Source: Azolla caroliniana (Eukaryota > Plantae > Polypodiophyta). From it: DNA of 64,000 bases. The number at the start of each line of letters is the position of its first letter. Position 1 is the first letter of the stretch. Of the stretch, positions 36,926-49,399 are shown one piece after another. The stretch covers positions 3,534,001 through 3,598,000 of the forward strand of contig JBHGNT010000009.1 of assembly GCA_043228905.1 (NCBI GenBank), given 5' to 3'. The notes below the pieces were generated by a model, which worked only from the letters and a program-made list of their open reading frames with translations, was not told the DNA's origin and did not search any database. The position numbers were made by a program, and so were the translations under genes.

Positions 36926-39373
36926 ATGCCGTCTGACAAGCAGAAGCGTTTTCGGAAGAGAGTATCAGACGAGAATGGAGTCTCTGAAGACGAAGACGAG
37001 AGGAGGTACGTACACCGCTTCCTGTTTTCAAACATCAGGCTAGTTTTATGCTGAAAATCTTAGAATATGTTATTTGGCTCTACACCGCTTCCATGCCATC
37101 TAACATCTACTAACATATTCTAAAGCTATATTTGCCTTAGAACCACAGTAAAATACTAAGAATCATGAACCAGCTGCATAGATCCTGGAGATTAGCTGAA
37201 GGCAAAGGCCAAAGAGACTCAAATCCTTTTCTTGAACAAACATTGAACTAATTTAGGAGTTCTTCATTTCTTGAATTTTTAAGAATTATCTGCACAACTT
37301 GATATCTAGTTGCTTATAAATTTGGTAAATATTCTGGAATTTCAAGTTTTCTTCATTTCTTTGATATTATGGTCAGGCTTACATTAGAGGAAGTCAAGTT
37401 TCTACAAAAGCAACGAGAGCGAAGATTTGGAGTTCCAAGCGGACAATTGATTCCGCCAGTGGGTGGACTAATCAAACCACAAGACAAGGTTGATGGTGAA
37501 GGCAAGAAGGAAGAGCTTGTTTTGCAAGACACATTTGCACAAGAAACGGCAGTTACTATTGAAGATCCGAATATGTATAATTTCATACTATTCATATCTA
37601 TAATTTGTATATTTTATGTGTGCCTGAAGCATGAGTTTGAGGCCTGAAGTATGTTGGAATGCCTGTTGGTAGAGACATCACAAGTTGTATGACAAGCTAG
37701 TTACTTGTATCTATGTGCATAGTATAGGCACACTTGTTCAGGGGGATTAGGAAAGGGTCTAGAGCATAGGATATGCATATGCCGAGTGGCAGCAAGCTTC
37801 ACCGGTGGACAAGGTGCAGGTCATTGGTTGGGGGAATAAACATTGGGTTGTGATCAAGTTGTTAACGTTGGTATTAGAGCCGTGTGATTCTGCTAGAATG
37901 CTGATTTCAGGGCCAATGATCAGATCAACATCTGGATGCTTATAACATGTTTTAACTATGAGGTGTTTCTAATATATATTGAGATCTGATTGTTGTAACC
38001 TGGACAGGTTAACTTATGTTGAGCAAGAACTAGCCAAGAGGCAAGGCAAGGATTTGGGAATCAAAACAGAAGAAATTAAACCCATTGAAGATGATTTATA
38101 TGTTATTCCTGAGCATCTCAAGGTAAGGATGTTTTTTTTGTAGGAGAAAAATAATAGAATGTGACCATTGTGAAACCTAAACAAATACATGGAATATTAT
38201 TTCTGAGAAAGGGCTTCAATATTATTTCTGGTACCTTCAATCATGTGGCTACAATATTGTCAACGAAACCACTGCAGTATTGTATTAGAGGAACTCAAAT
38301 ACAATATTGCAGTGGTTTAGAATACATCACATGTGTGATTTCAAATTATACGTGGATAATAGGGACAGCTTAAGTAATAATGGATGCTGAATGGTGCATT
38401 TATATTCTCAAATTGATATGCTCTGCAAATGTCCTCACGTGTGTGATTTCAAATTATACGTGGATAATAGGGACAGCTTATTTAATAATGCTGCAAAAGT
38501 CTGGTAAAACATTTTGTAGGTTCTCATATCTCTGGAGCAGCCCAGGAAAGTTGTTCTTGATATGTGCGAGTATGCATTATGTATTCTTTTAGTTCAACTG
38601 TCCATCTTCCCCTTTCAATATGTTATCCATGTGAGCATGAATGAAGAGGGGCTGTCCATTTGAAAATAACTTCAAAATTTATCAGGTTCGCAGAAGAAAT
38701 TCTGAAGAAAGCTCGACCCAATGGACCACTGGCATTGCAGAAGTTCAACTCCCAATAGAGTAAGAGATCCGATTCTAATTGAATAATTCATCTGGTTTAG
38801 GTTATTTCTCTGTAGGATTATAGGCTTGCACATCTCTGGGTGCAATTAGATAAGAATGAATAAGTTGTATCTCGTATGTAGATTCAAATTGAAAAATATT
38901 GAGGAAACTGAAGCTGCAAAAAAGCAATTGCAAGACAAGAGGCCTTTTGTAGGCAGAGGAAGGTAATGGAACTTCATTTCTTCCAAACTTCTGAAGGAAA
39001 CTTTTCATTACACATTCTCATTATCTTTTTAACAGGGCTGCCCAGTCGGGTATACCAGCAAGTTATAGTGCTGATTATTTCCAACGGGGTCAAGAATATG
39101 CAGAAAAACTAAGAAGAGGCAAGTTTGAGATGGAAATGATACTTTTATAATCACAGACATTCTATTTCTAGGCAATGTTAAGAAGGTCATCCTTTGAATA
39201 TTTCAGATCATCCTCAATTGTACAAGGAGAGAGGAGATACACAAGATAGTGAACGACACAAAGGAGAGAACTCTACAGAAGGTAATAGTGGAAACAGACG
39301 ACAAGCTGCAACTGATGAAATCATGCTGGAACGTTTCCGGAAGAGAGAAAGGAGCCGATTGATGAGGCGTTGA
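36926..39373 (+). CDS. CSU2: COP1 SUPPRESSOR 2 / C9orf78 (HCA59 family) splicing-associated protein
   Basis: Exons 36926-37005, 37377-37574, 38008-38122, 38686-38759, 38882-38962, 39036-39118 and 39207-39373 join in frame: LEEVKFLQKQRER, QDTFAQET...DPNMLTYVEQEL, WTTGIAEVQLPIEFKLKNIEETEAAK, AATDEIMLERFRKRE. Confidence 0.92.
37652..37881 (+). mobile_element. Possible LTR/TRIM remnant in CSU2 intron 2
   Basis: TGTTGG start and ...GTTAAC end, followed by PBS-like TGGTATTAGAGCC at 37869. Confidence 0.35.
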
Positions 39374-39998
39374 GAAGTTTGATATGGAGAATAGATGCAC
39401 AAAACTTCCTTGTATCTGCCTGGGTCATCATCTATTTAATGCGAGTTGTGAGTTAGAGCACATTATTGGAAGCAGTATGGCAAAGCCTAGCTTCCAAAAT
39501 AGATATGAAAGCTGGAGGAGTCTTTCATGCAAATCAAGCGTGACAGGAGATGTAAAGATCAATTTCTCATGTGTTATGAGTTTCCATGTATGATGTAACT
39601 TGAATTCTCTGCATGATCTCTTGAAACAGACCTGTTTTGCATATAATTTACAATTCTTTCCCCTCTTGATTATTTTGCCATTCCAAGTTTGTTCAAAATT
39701 TATACTATAAATATTGGTCTTGCTCTTGATTCCATAGGCCAATGAACATTTTCATGAAACTGATTTCTAAAATAAAATACCGCTGCCCATTTATACAACA
39801 TAAGATAGTATGTCTTGTATATTGGCTGGAACAGTGTCTTCAGGTTAACTTTGGTTTTGAGGATTATCATTAAACTAAAAACAGCATAAAGTTAAAGGGT
39901 TGCATGACTTTAATTTATTATTTTCATATACTTTGTCATATTTTGATATACATATTCTCCTTTCTTATTGACTGTATTCTAGATTACTGAGCCTCGTC

Positions 39999-40505
39999 AT
40001 CATAATATGTGAGAGGTTCTGCGCATTCCAACAGTGGAATGGATTTATTTGGAGAACTAACGTTTTTCTTCCAACATGGTCTCCAATAAGATGTTACTGC
40101 ATCTCTTCCTTGGCATTAATGAACTCTGCTTTGATTCCATGGATTTGCATTTGGACCAGTTCTAGCTTGTCATAATAGGTCAAGATCTGCCCATTCCAAC
40201 AGTGGTGTACATTTACTGGGAGAACTAACGATTCTCGTCCAACATGGTCTCCAATAAGATGTTACTCCATCTCTTCCTTGGCATTAATGAACTCTGCTTT
40301 GATTCCATGGATTTGCATTTGGACCATTTCCAGCTTGTCATAATAGGTGAAGCTCTGCCCATTCCAACAGTGGAGCACATTTACTGGGAGAACTAACTTT
40401 TTTCTTCCAACATGGTCTCCGATAAGATGTTACTCCATCTCTTCCTTGGCATTAATGAACTCTGCTTTGATTCCATGGATTTGCATTTGGACCAGTTCTA
40501 GCTTG
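39999..40505. repeat. 168-bp tandem repeat, 3 copies
   Basis: Units start at about 39999, 40169 and 40337 and share TCCAACATGGTCTCC.ATAAGATGTTACT.CATCTCTTCCTTGGCATTAATGAACTCTG. Confidence 0.9.
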
Positions 40506-40679
40506 CTACCACAAAAGCCTTGCATTGATCAAGAAGATGCTTCCTGTGGAAAGAGTAATTCACCAAGTCACCAAAACAGGCAGGATCACTTGTCCTTAGA
40601 ATCGCTTTACTAAATCCATATATTAGAGTACCCTTATCTTCCCAATATGATAAATAGCCTAATCTTGGCTTGTGTACAT

Positions 40680-43520
40680 TTATGTATGTAAGAGACGTTC
40701 ATGCCCATTCCTTTCTTCTGTTATAGATATTAAATTAAGTTCATCATCTGCCCTTCCCAAGATTGCATACATATTTGATAGCATCACATAAGGTGAATCA
40801 GTATCTCCATTTGATTCAAAACAGAACTTCGAAATATGTTCTCCATATTCCAAATTTCCATGCATAATGCATGCACTAAACATGGATCGACATGCAAGAG
40901 TAACCCTCTGAAAGGGCATAGAGCTTATCAAAACTTTTGCCTCATTTAGCTGGCCCGCACGTCCTAAAAGGTCAACCATGCATACATAATGTTCTGATTC
41001 AGGAAGAAAGTCGTATTTATTTCTCATGTAATGAAAGAAGTACCAGCCATCGTCAACCATGCCAGCATGATCAAATGCAACTAGCATGGAGATGAAAGTG
41101 ATGCAACTCGGTTTAGCCATATTCATCTCAAATTGTTTGAAAAGTCTTTTAATTTCGTTTTCATTTCCATTATGTGCATATACACTAAGCATGGCATTCC
41201 ACATGCCAATATCACAACAAGTGAGAGTTGAAAATACCTTGGAAGCATCCTCTATGGTCCCACCTTTTCCATATACGTCCATAATGCCAGTTCCTATCAA
41301 TGTATCTTGTTCCAATTTCATCTCAACCACAGCAGCATGAATGATGAAGCCAACTTCTACTGCTGTTAGACATGCACAAGCATTAAGGATGCAAACAAAG
41401 GTAATAGTGTCAGGATTGATGCCATTGCACAACATATCAGAGAATTGATTCAGAGCCTCCTCGTGAAGTTGATTCTCAGTGAGGGCAACAACCATGGAAG
41501 TACAAGATATAGCATCTTTACGAGGAATATTTTCAAAAATTTTCTTTGCATCAGACAGGGAGCCACATTTCCCATACATATTGATTAGGGCACTAGCCAC
41601 CATTATGTCATGTATTCTCCCCCTCTTAGCAATGGCACCATGGATTTGCTGCCCATCTTCAAGGGAAATCAAACCATTGCATGCGTCCAGGGCACATAGA
41701 AATGAAATGTTACTTAATTTTATGCCCATGTATTCCATCTTATAAAAACGATTTAAAGCATCCCTAAAGTCTCCAGTTTGCACCAATGTTGTCATCATTG
41801 CATTCCAGCACACAACATCATAAGAAGGTGTCATTTCAAAAACCTTTCTTGCATCTTGCGCTCTTCCATTCTTGCCATACATATTGATTAAGGCACTAAC
41901 AATGACAAGTTGGCCATCATCACCACTTTCCAGTATGGCACCATGAAGCAAATTTCCTTGCTCAAATGCCATCAGTTTTGTACATGCATTGATAATACAT
42001 GCATAACTGGAATCATTTGGTTTGAGGTCTCTTTGCACAAGTTGAAGAAAGAAACACAGTATCTCTTTGTGGTATCCATGGTCAGAGAGTGCTCCAAGCA
42101 TTATATTCCAAGAAAGATCATCATGAGCACTTAGTCTGTCAAAGATTCTCCATGCATCATGGATATATCCACATTTGATGTACATACTAAGAAGAGCATT
42201 TCCTAGCATGCCATCCTCTGCATGGTCACTATCAACAACAGCAGCATGCACCAGCAAGCCATCTTTTGCATCTTTCAAGCCTGCACATGCATCTACTATA
42301 CAGACAAAGGTTATATTATCCGGTATAATGCATTCATTTTGCATACGGAAAAAGCAAAGAAGTGCGTCTCTGAAATATCCATGTCGTGAGAATGCAGCAA
42401 TCATGGCAGTCCAGGAGATGTTGTCATGGAAAGACAATCTGCTGAAAACCCTCATTGCATGTGAAACACTCCCACACCGTGTGTACATATTTATTAACGG
42501 AGTGTTCAAAACCTTGTGATGTTCACATCCTGCTCCTAAAATGGTTGTATGGATTACCTGCCCCTCTTTTAGCGTACTTGTGTTGGTACAAGCATGCAAA
42601 ACGTATACATATGTCATGCTGTTTGGCTCAATGCCTTCACAGTGCATTTGACGGATTAGTAATAGGGCTTCTGTTTCATGACCATTTTGCACAAGAACTG
42701 CAATCATTGTGTTCCAACATATGGCATCTTTAAATTGAAGACCCTCAAACACTTTTTTTGCATCAGAGATATAACCGCACTTCCCATATAAGCCTATGAG
42801 AGCAGTTTCTACTACCATGTATAGAATATCACCACTATTGACTATGGCAGAGTGTATTATCCTTCCATCGTCAAGAGTGCCTGCAATAGTACATGCATTG
42901 AGGGCACAAGCATAGTTACATATGTCCGGAATGATCATGCCCTCATTGTGCATTTGATAAAAAAGTTCAAGTGCTTCCTTTCCTTTCTTCTGCTCAGTAT
43001 ATGCGCTCATCATGCATGTCCATACCACTACATCTTTAGCTGGCATTAAATCAAACACAGATCTCGCACCCATTAAATTCCCATTTGCTCTATAATCTTT
43101 GAACAGTTTGGACCACGATGCCTGGTTAGGTTGTTGAATCTTGTTGAAAGCTAGTTGAGCACTGCAACCATACATTTGAGTCTTACCATTATTAGCAGCA
43201 TCTGATCTGTCATGATTAATTGATGTATTAATCAAGTCCACATGCACTTTAGTTCTCTGAAGAAGTGTTTTCAATGGCTTTAACAAATAAGTTCCTGGTT
43301 TCTTGGGAGATAAAGAATCAACTGATATTACAGGGTTCTCTGGCACAGTAAAGAAGCTTTGGCAGTAATCCTGTCCGGAAACTGTTGAGGAAGCATTGGC
43401 AGTTAGACAAACATGGGAGAGATTGGACAAGAGAGGCCTTCCATATCTGATACTCTCAGCATCAGCAATGCAACAATGATGACGTCTTCCATGACTGATA
43501 CGCAGAGTTGATATGATCAT
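40680..43520 (-). CDS. PLS-class pentatricopeptide repeat protein with E domain, no DYW (probable organellar RNA-editing factor)
   Basis: 946-aa uninterrupted ORF with repeated 'ALI.MYGKCG...DA..VF' / 'WN.MI' P-L-S triplets and C-terminal EHYVCMVDLLGRAG...YVMLSNMYA. True start uncertain. Confidence 0.93.
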   Translation of the reverse strand: MIISTLRISHGRRHHCCIADAESIRYGRPLLSNLSHVCLTANASSTVSGQDYCQSFFTVPENPVISVDSLSPKKPGTYLLKPLKTLLQRTKVHVDLINTSINHDRSDAANNGKTQMYGCSAQLAFNKIQQPNQASWSKLFKDYRANGNLMGARSVFDLMPAKDVVVWTCMMSAYTEQKKGKEALELFYQMHNEGMIIPDICNYACALNACTIAGTLDDGRIIHSAIVNSGDILYMVVETALIGLYGKCGYISDAKKVFEGLQFKDAICWNTMIAVLVQNGHETEALLLIRQMHCEGIEPNSMTYVYVLHACTNTSTLKEGQVIHTTILGAGCEHHKVLNTPLINMYTRCGSVSHAMRVFSRLSFHDNISWTAMIAAFSRHGYFRDALLCFFRMQNECIIPDNITFVCIVDACAGLKDAKDGLLVHAAVVDSDHAEDGMLGNALLSMYIKCGYIHDAWRIFDRLSAHDDLSWNIMLGALSDHGYHKEILCFFLQLVQRDLKPNDSSYACIINACTKLMAFEQGNLLHGAILESGDDGQLVIVSALINMYGKNGRAQDARKVFEMTPSYDVVCWNAMMTTLVQTGDFRDALNRFYKMEYMGIKLSNISFLCALDACNGLISLEDGQQIHGAIAKRGRIHDIMVASALINMYGKCGSLSDAKKIFENIPRKDAISCTSMVVALTENQLHEEALNQFSDMLCNGINPDTITFVCILNACACLTAVEVGFIIHAAVVEMKLEQDTLIGTGIMDVYGKGGTIEDASKVFSTLTCCDIGMWNAMLSVYAHNGNENEIKRLFKQFEMNMAKPSCITFISMLVAFDHAGMVDDGWYFFHYMRNKYDFLPESEHYVCMVDLLGRAGQLNEAKVLISSMPFQRVTLACRSMFSACIMHGNLEYGEHISKFCFESNGDTDSPYVMLSNMYAILGRADDELNLISITEERNGHERLLHT

Positions 43521-45727
43521 CGCCCATTACCTGTTGCTGCATAAATATTCATGTTCTAAACAGCCCTACCCATTACCTGCTGCTGCTCCTCGTAGATGGA
43601 TGGATTATTTGGACATACAAAACCTTCCTTGTCCTAAGCTCTTACAAGATCCTCTGGTCCGTAACTATCGACAATCTCATTTGATAGCGATGAAGGAGCA
43701 ACCAGACAATCCTAATTCCCGATCCCATACAGTCTTCCATGAGTTACATACCTAGCAATCTAGATAGAACACATGATTTGACTGCAGATCCAGACAAAAA
43801 AGAGCTCACTGAAGAAACAATTTTCTTGTCACATGATTACTTGAGGATTTCATGCTTTCTTCCTTGATTTTTTTGATAAATATATTATATAAGCATACAC
43901 ATCCAGCTTGTAAAATTCCTAAATTTCCTTGCCATTTTCTGGCTCTTCTTACCATTCGAAATATAACGGATTTAAGTTTGACATATATGTACTTCATTCA
44001 TTCATGGGGTTCTCCATCTCTCCAACCCACCCACTACCCCATACTGGTGCTTGCCAAAATCTGAACTTTGGTCACTCTTTTTCTCACAAATTTTCTTTAT
44101 TTCAAATCTTAACAAATAAAATTCCTTCCCATCTCTATATAAAGGAGTGTGTGACAACCATTGATGGGATCTCTTTACTTCGCTACTAATGAGCTAAAGA
44201 TATGTGGGTAGACTACTTTGAGGGAATATAAATCCTTCAATATTTTGCTTCTTCCTTTCTCCTCATTAAAACCCTAAACCCTTCATGAGCAACATCTCTT
44301 ACCTAGCTATTTGCCCACCTTATATAGTATTTGGGGATTGCAATATGTATACACCTACTCAATAGTTTGCGTATGGTTGAGTGCATTGCATTGCCCATTA
44401 CTCCAAACAGAAGTGGTGACAAGTCATAGCCTTTGGACCACAACTTGTAAACGCAGACAATACAAAAGACTACCTTAAATGAGGTGTCCTCCTTGAATCT
44501 CTTAAGGAACAAAATGGGCAAATTCCAACCTCTTCTAAAAGTTGTTTGATTATTACATCTAGCTCCTCTCATCATTACTTATAGAGAAATATTTTGCCAA
44601 CCAGAGTCGCCTTCCTTACTTATTAACACATAGAGACTTTGTGCTTCAACATATGAATACCCCTTCTTAGGAAGGAGACATATTATCAAGAACACATGTA
44701 TACTCTGGTCCCATAGGTCAAAATTGGCCTCTTTATGGACGATAAAAATTCTAATTCTAATTCTAATTCCTTCCGATCAAAGTGCATCCATAATCCTTAC
44801 TCTTTACCTTTGTTGGCCAAGTTGCATCATCTTCCATCATGGGTCTTTATGGGTCATTTTTTCTCCCTAGATATCATCCCCTTTCACTACTTCATTTACC
44901 TATCACATTCATTTGTCCTCTTGCTTGCTTCAGTGCTATTGGTTCCTCACACTATAGCAGTGGTATAAAACAGACATTAATATTTATCTTCCCATATATG
45001 CTTTGTTGATTTCAAGCTATTGTAGAAGGATCAAGTTCACAAGTGTACCAAGAGGTGTGAACAAAATCCTGGCCCTACTCTCTCTCACTGGTCACTACAA
45101 CCCACGCACCAATCTTTGCACTGTATCGATGTCACTCATCTTCTAATATAATCTTGTTCTTTAAGCAAAAAAGCAAACACCAAATTATGGAAAATGGGTT
45201 GCTCGTCAGGAAGTTCATAACGTCATACAAAAGCTGCTTCACACCTGTTCATTGGGTCAAACGTGTCTCCAAACCCAGAACTTTTGAATGACCACAACAT
45301 GAACCAAGATTTACAACCATTGGTTTGACCAGAGCTATTATGATTTCTTTCAAGATCATGAATCTGTCTGTGGAAAGAACAAGTTCCATAAACATAATGC
45401 CATGATATGAAAATGACCACAGACTGCGACTATTATTCATCTCCATCTTGCCAAAGCAAAATTTGGGACACCAGCTTTTAAATCTGAGCAAACACAAAAG
45501 GCTCTTAAATCTGAAAACGTACAATTGAGGGAGGTAGTTTTCACAGCACTATCCCAAGCTTTACCAATGTTTTGTGCACGATTATTCTAGATAACACTAC
45601 AACCCCCCTAACTCAAAGTTAAACAACAATGCTTATTCCTTATAACAGTATAATATGAATTCTACATCATGCTGGTTATAAATCTAACACATACATACAT
45701 CTATATTTCCATACATTTCAAAGAAAC

Positions 45728-47623
45728 TCAATCAAGTGAACCACAATCATAGAACGTATGGTTGAGGTAGGCGTTTGCATTTATAAGCTTGGGTATCAAG
45801 AGGTTGCGAGCATGACAAAAGAACTTGTTGTCATTCTGCAACAAATTACCAATGGCATATGACCGTATAGCTATGGGTAACATCCTTTGCCTCCGTTCTC
45901 TGGTGTAAAACTCCAGAGCCTGCTCTAGTTTGTCCATTTCATGTTGGCGGCCATCCATTGGTTCAACATTTGTTGCTTTGGACAGAGCTCGAGCAAGCAC
46001 CACAGCATCTTCAAGCGCACAACACCCTCCTTGCCCTAAGTTCGGCGTGATGGGGTGCATTGCATCACCTGCTAATGTAATTCCTCCTTGATATAAAGGA
46101 GGACCTCCAATGGGCCACATCCATCTGTCTGCTATCCTCCTCCGGCTCAGATTCTCAGATGAAGTCCTCTTTACTGCCTCAGATATAGTTTCATCAGACC
46201 ATCCTCTGATAAATGATAATGTCTCCTTCCGCACAAGCTCAGGGTCATTGATTCTTTGACCTGTCAATTTAAAGTGAGCATTTTTGCGTTTGACAAAACA
46301 CAGTCCACTAACGTTGATGGAGAGAAGATGAAGGAGAAAGACAACGAAAAAACCCACACAAAACAAGATTTTAAATAGAAGTGGGAGCTTGAAAAAAAAG
46401 GTAGCACTTCACCTGAAGCATCGTTGAAGCAGACAAACCAATACAATCTATTAGCGTCCATGGGTATAAGGCCTGCCCGAACACCTTGACCAGTTATTTG
46501 CCTGCCTGTCTGCTTCAAGTTATGGCCATCAGGAAACTCTGCTAGCCCACGAGTTGCAGTGTACCCAACAAAGCGAGGTTCTTTAAATCCCATCCACCTA
46601 GCCACAACTGAACTAGAACCATCACATCCAATGAGAACCTGTTCAATCAAGCGAGAAAATAAATCCTACTCTCTACTCTATAGCCAAGATATTCTTTTAA
46701 AATATAGGGGAAAGGTGAATGAAAGAACCTTTGTCTTTATTCTCCATCCATTTTTGCATTCAACTTCTGTGTAATCACTGTCGAGCCTTCTGATTCCAAC
46801 CACATCTGCACCATAAGAAAGCATGCTCTCTGGCAAGGGTTCACGTAGAGCTTCAAGCAATGCCTTCCTATCCACAGCACGAACCTCAACATCCCTACGT
46901 AGTTCAATATTGCACACTGTAGAGCATTGCTCATCAGATATAAGAAACATCAATTAAAAATTTGTGTAACGCACCTTGATGTGGTCTTCATCTCCATATT
47001 TAGAAGGCAGTTACCATTTGAATCATACAACCCTAGACTGTAATAAGCAGAAACAAGTATGAAAGATTAAGATTGGCGAGTAAACTTAAATTTTGATATT
47101 CTTACGATAAGGTGGACGAATCAAGCAATTCATCCCAGCTAAAATCATAGACTTTTCATGCAGTATACTCTCTGACCTTAATTAACAGTGGAGAACCAAC
47201 CAAACACTGTACTTAAACACGAATAGTGCTCTAGTATGGACACTCGTTCATCAAACTCAAGCAGAAATCAAGGAATTTTAATTTCTTGCTAATGACATCA
47301 TAATTTTCCCTTTTATGTTCCTGAATACCATGCCTCAGTTCCCAATCAAGGTATATGTGTAAATGTGGTGCGCATCTGTCTCCATTAAAGAGCCAAAATG
47401 GATAAAATATTCACTTACCCAGTCATTTTGTTGAACTTCTCACGCAAACCATCTGCAACCCTGAGGGCCTCCAGTGCCTTCCATCCATTGGTCCAAATGC
47501 CTATACTTGAACCGGCTGTCTTAAGTTCTTTCGATTGCTCTAAGACCAAAGGCTTCAACCCTAATCTGCAGTACTTATCAAATAGTTAGTATCTATATAT
47601 GTATATATTTATATATATGCGTG

Positions 47624-47673
<50 letters not shown>

Positions 47674-48469
47674 TGTGGGAGATGCTAAACACATTTTTGT
47701 TTTAGTCAGTTAGGTATACATATTTGATTAGAATATATGGAAAAAAGTATTTGTCAGCAACTCCTATATAAATAACAGAGTGTCACAGTAATAAAAAGTT
47801 TGAAACAAGCAAACATTTATTGATTGAATGGCTTTTCTCTTTCAAATTGAAGATGGATGGAGCTCTGAGGAGGATTAACCTCAAGAAAATAAACATTCAG
47901 TGTAATTAGCATAGCAATGTGGGGTATATAAATATCCATAAAACTATTCCTCAGTCCGTTATATGACATTAGATAGATGGACATGTGAGCAGGCTCATAC
48001 ACAGAGCGATCTCATTTTAGGGTCATATCATCGGGGTCCCTGAAATGGGAGGGGATCTACAATACAATCTGAGTCTTATATGTACGAATTAAAACAATAG
48101 CTTGGGTAAGAAACGATTAATCAATAAACAGGATGGCTCAAACCTGTGAAGGGCCAAAGCAGTGGAGAGGCCAGCGATGCCACCCCCAACGATGACAATA
48201 TCCTCCTGCCCTTGATTTCCTGGTTCCCTCAATGATGAAGGGGCAGAATAAGATGATGATGATGATGATGATGATGATGAAGCTGAGATGGAGGTAACAG
48301 CACATGAACAACATCCCACTGCTCTTCTACTACTACTTCTTCTTCTTCCCACTGCTCCTCTGCAACTATTATTGCTGCTGCTGCTGCTACTACTGCTGAT
48401 TGGAGCAACAGGCTGCTGCAGGTGGACATGATGATGATGATGACGCAGGGTGGAAGTTAAACCCTGCAT
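45728..48469 (-). CDS. FAD-dependent monooxygenase (plant MO2/CTF2-like), probable plastid transit peptide
   Basis: Exons 48469-48144, 47565-47419, 47037-46975, 46894-46729, 46638-46413 and 46260-45728 join in frame. Motifs IVIVGGGIAGL, LIGCDG and LAGDAMHPITPNLGQGGCCALED. Ser-rich N-terminus. Confidence 0.93.
47627..47672. repeat. (GT)n microsatellite
   Basis: Visible directly. Confidence 0.95.
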
Positions 48470-48604
48470 TATCTCTTTCTGCTTCTGTCTCTTCTCTGTC
48501 TCTGTCTCTGTCTCTGTCTCCCCCAAGGCGTGCTACAACTCTTTATCCTCTACGTGGATATATACTGACACACTTACTATATTTATGTCTATGCATATGT
48601 ACTG

Positions 48605-48607
<3 letters not shown>

Positions 48608-48638
<31 letters not shown>

Positions 48639-48686
48639 TGTATGTATGTATGTATGTATGTATATGTATGTATGTATGTATGTATG

Positions 48687-48718
<32 letters not shown>

Positions 48719-48810
48719 TGTATGTATGTATGTATGTATGTATGTATGTATGTATATGTATGTATGTGTGTATGTATGTATGTATGTATGTATGTATGTA
48801 TGTATGTATG

Positions 48811-48872
<62 letters not shown>

Positions 48873-48882
48873 TATGTATATG
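48608..48882. repeat. (TATG)n microsatellite, about 270 bp
   Basis: Visible directly. Confidence 0.97.
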
Positions 48883-48894
48883 CAATGTGCATAT

Positions 48895-49215
48895 GTATAA
48901 AACACTACCATTGTAAGTAGTGTTTGAAAACATATAAAAGTTTGAAAACGTGTATAAAACGCTACCATTCTAAGCAGTCTTTGAACACATATAAAAACAC
49001 TGCCATTGTAAGTAGTGTTTCAAACCATATAAAAGTTTGAAAACATATAAAACACTACCATATTATGTAAGTACTCTTTGAAAACATATAAAAACACTAC
49101 CATTGTAAGTAAGTAGTGTTTCAAAATATATAAAAGTTTAAAAACATATAAAACACTACCATTGTATGTAAGTAGTCTTTGAAAACATATAAAAACACTA
49201 CCATTGTAAGTACTA
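48895..49215. repeat. Minisatellite of hairpin units (AAACACTAC-CATTGTAA-GTAGTGTTT plus AAAACATATA spacers)
   Basis: About 7 degenerate copies. The best copies have a 9-bp inverted stem. Confidence 0.8.
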
Positions 49216-49399
49216 AGTTTCAACACTACAATGGAAGGTGCAATGGGACTTGTTGAATTGTCACGTAATAGACAAGACCAATCCAATACTCTACTGAGGA
49301 AAGAAGTTCCAACTTGTTCTCATAAAAAAAGCATTTGCCCCATCAATGCACCCTTTAACTTTAGTAGATATATTCCAAACTCTATCCCTACCATCGAAT

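Noticed and set aside
39999-40505. 168-bp unit as a 56-aa coding repeat extending the PPR
   Set aside because: All three minus-strand frames of the unit examined contain stops, and it lies beyond the PPR stop codon.
48400-48968. Several 100-166 aa ORFs (MYVC/HTYI repeats)
   Set aside because: Translations of the (TATG)n microsatellite.
48895-49215. CRISPR-like look of palindromic repeats with spacers
   Set aside because: Spacers are themselves repetitive, units are degenerate, the context is eukaryotic and there are no cas genes.
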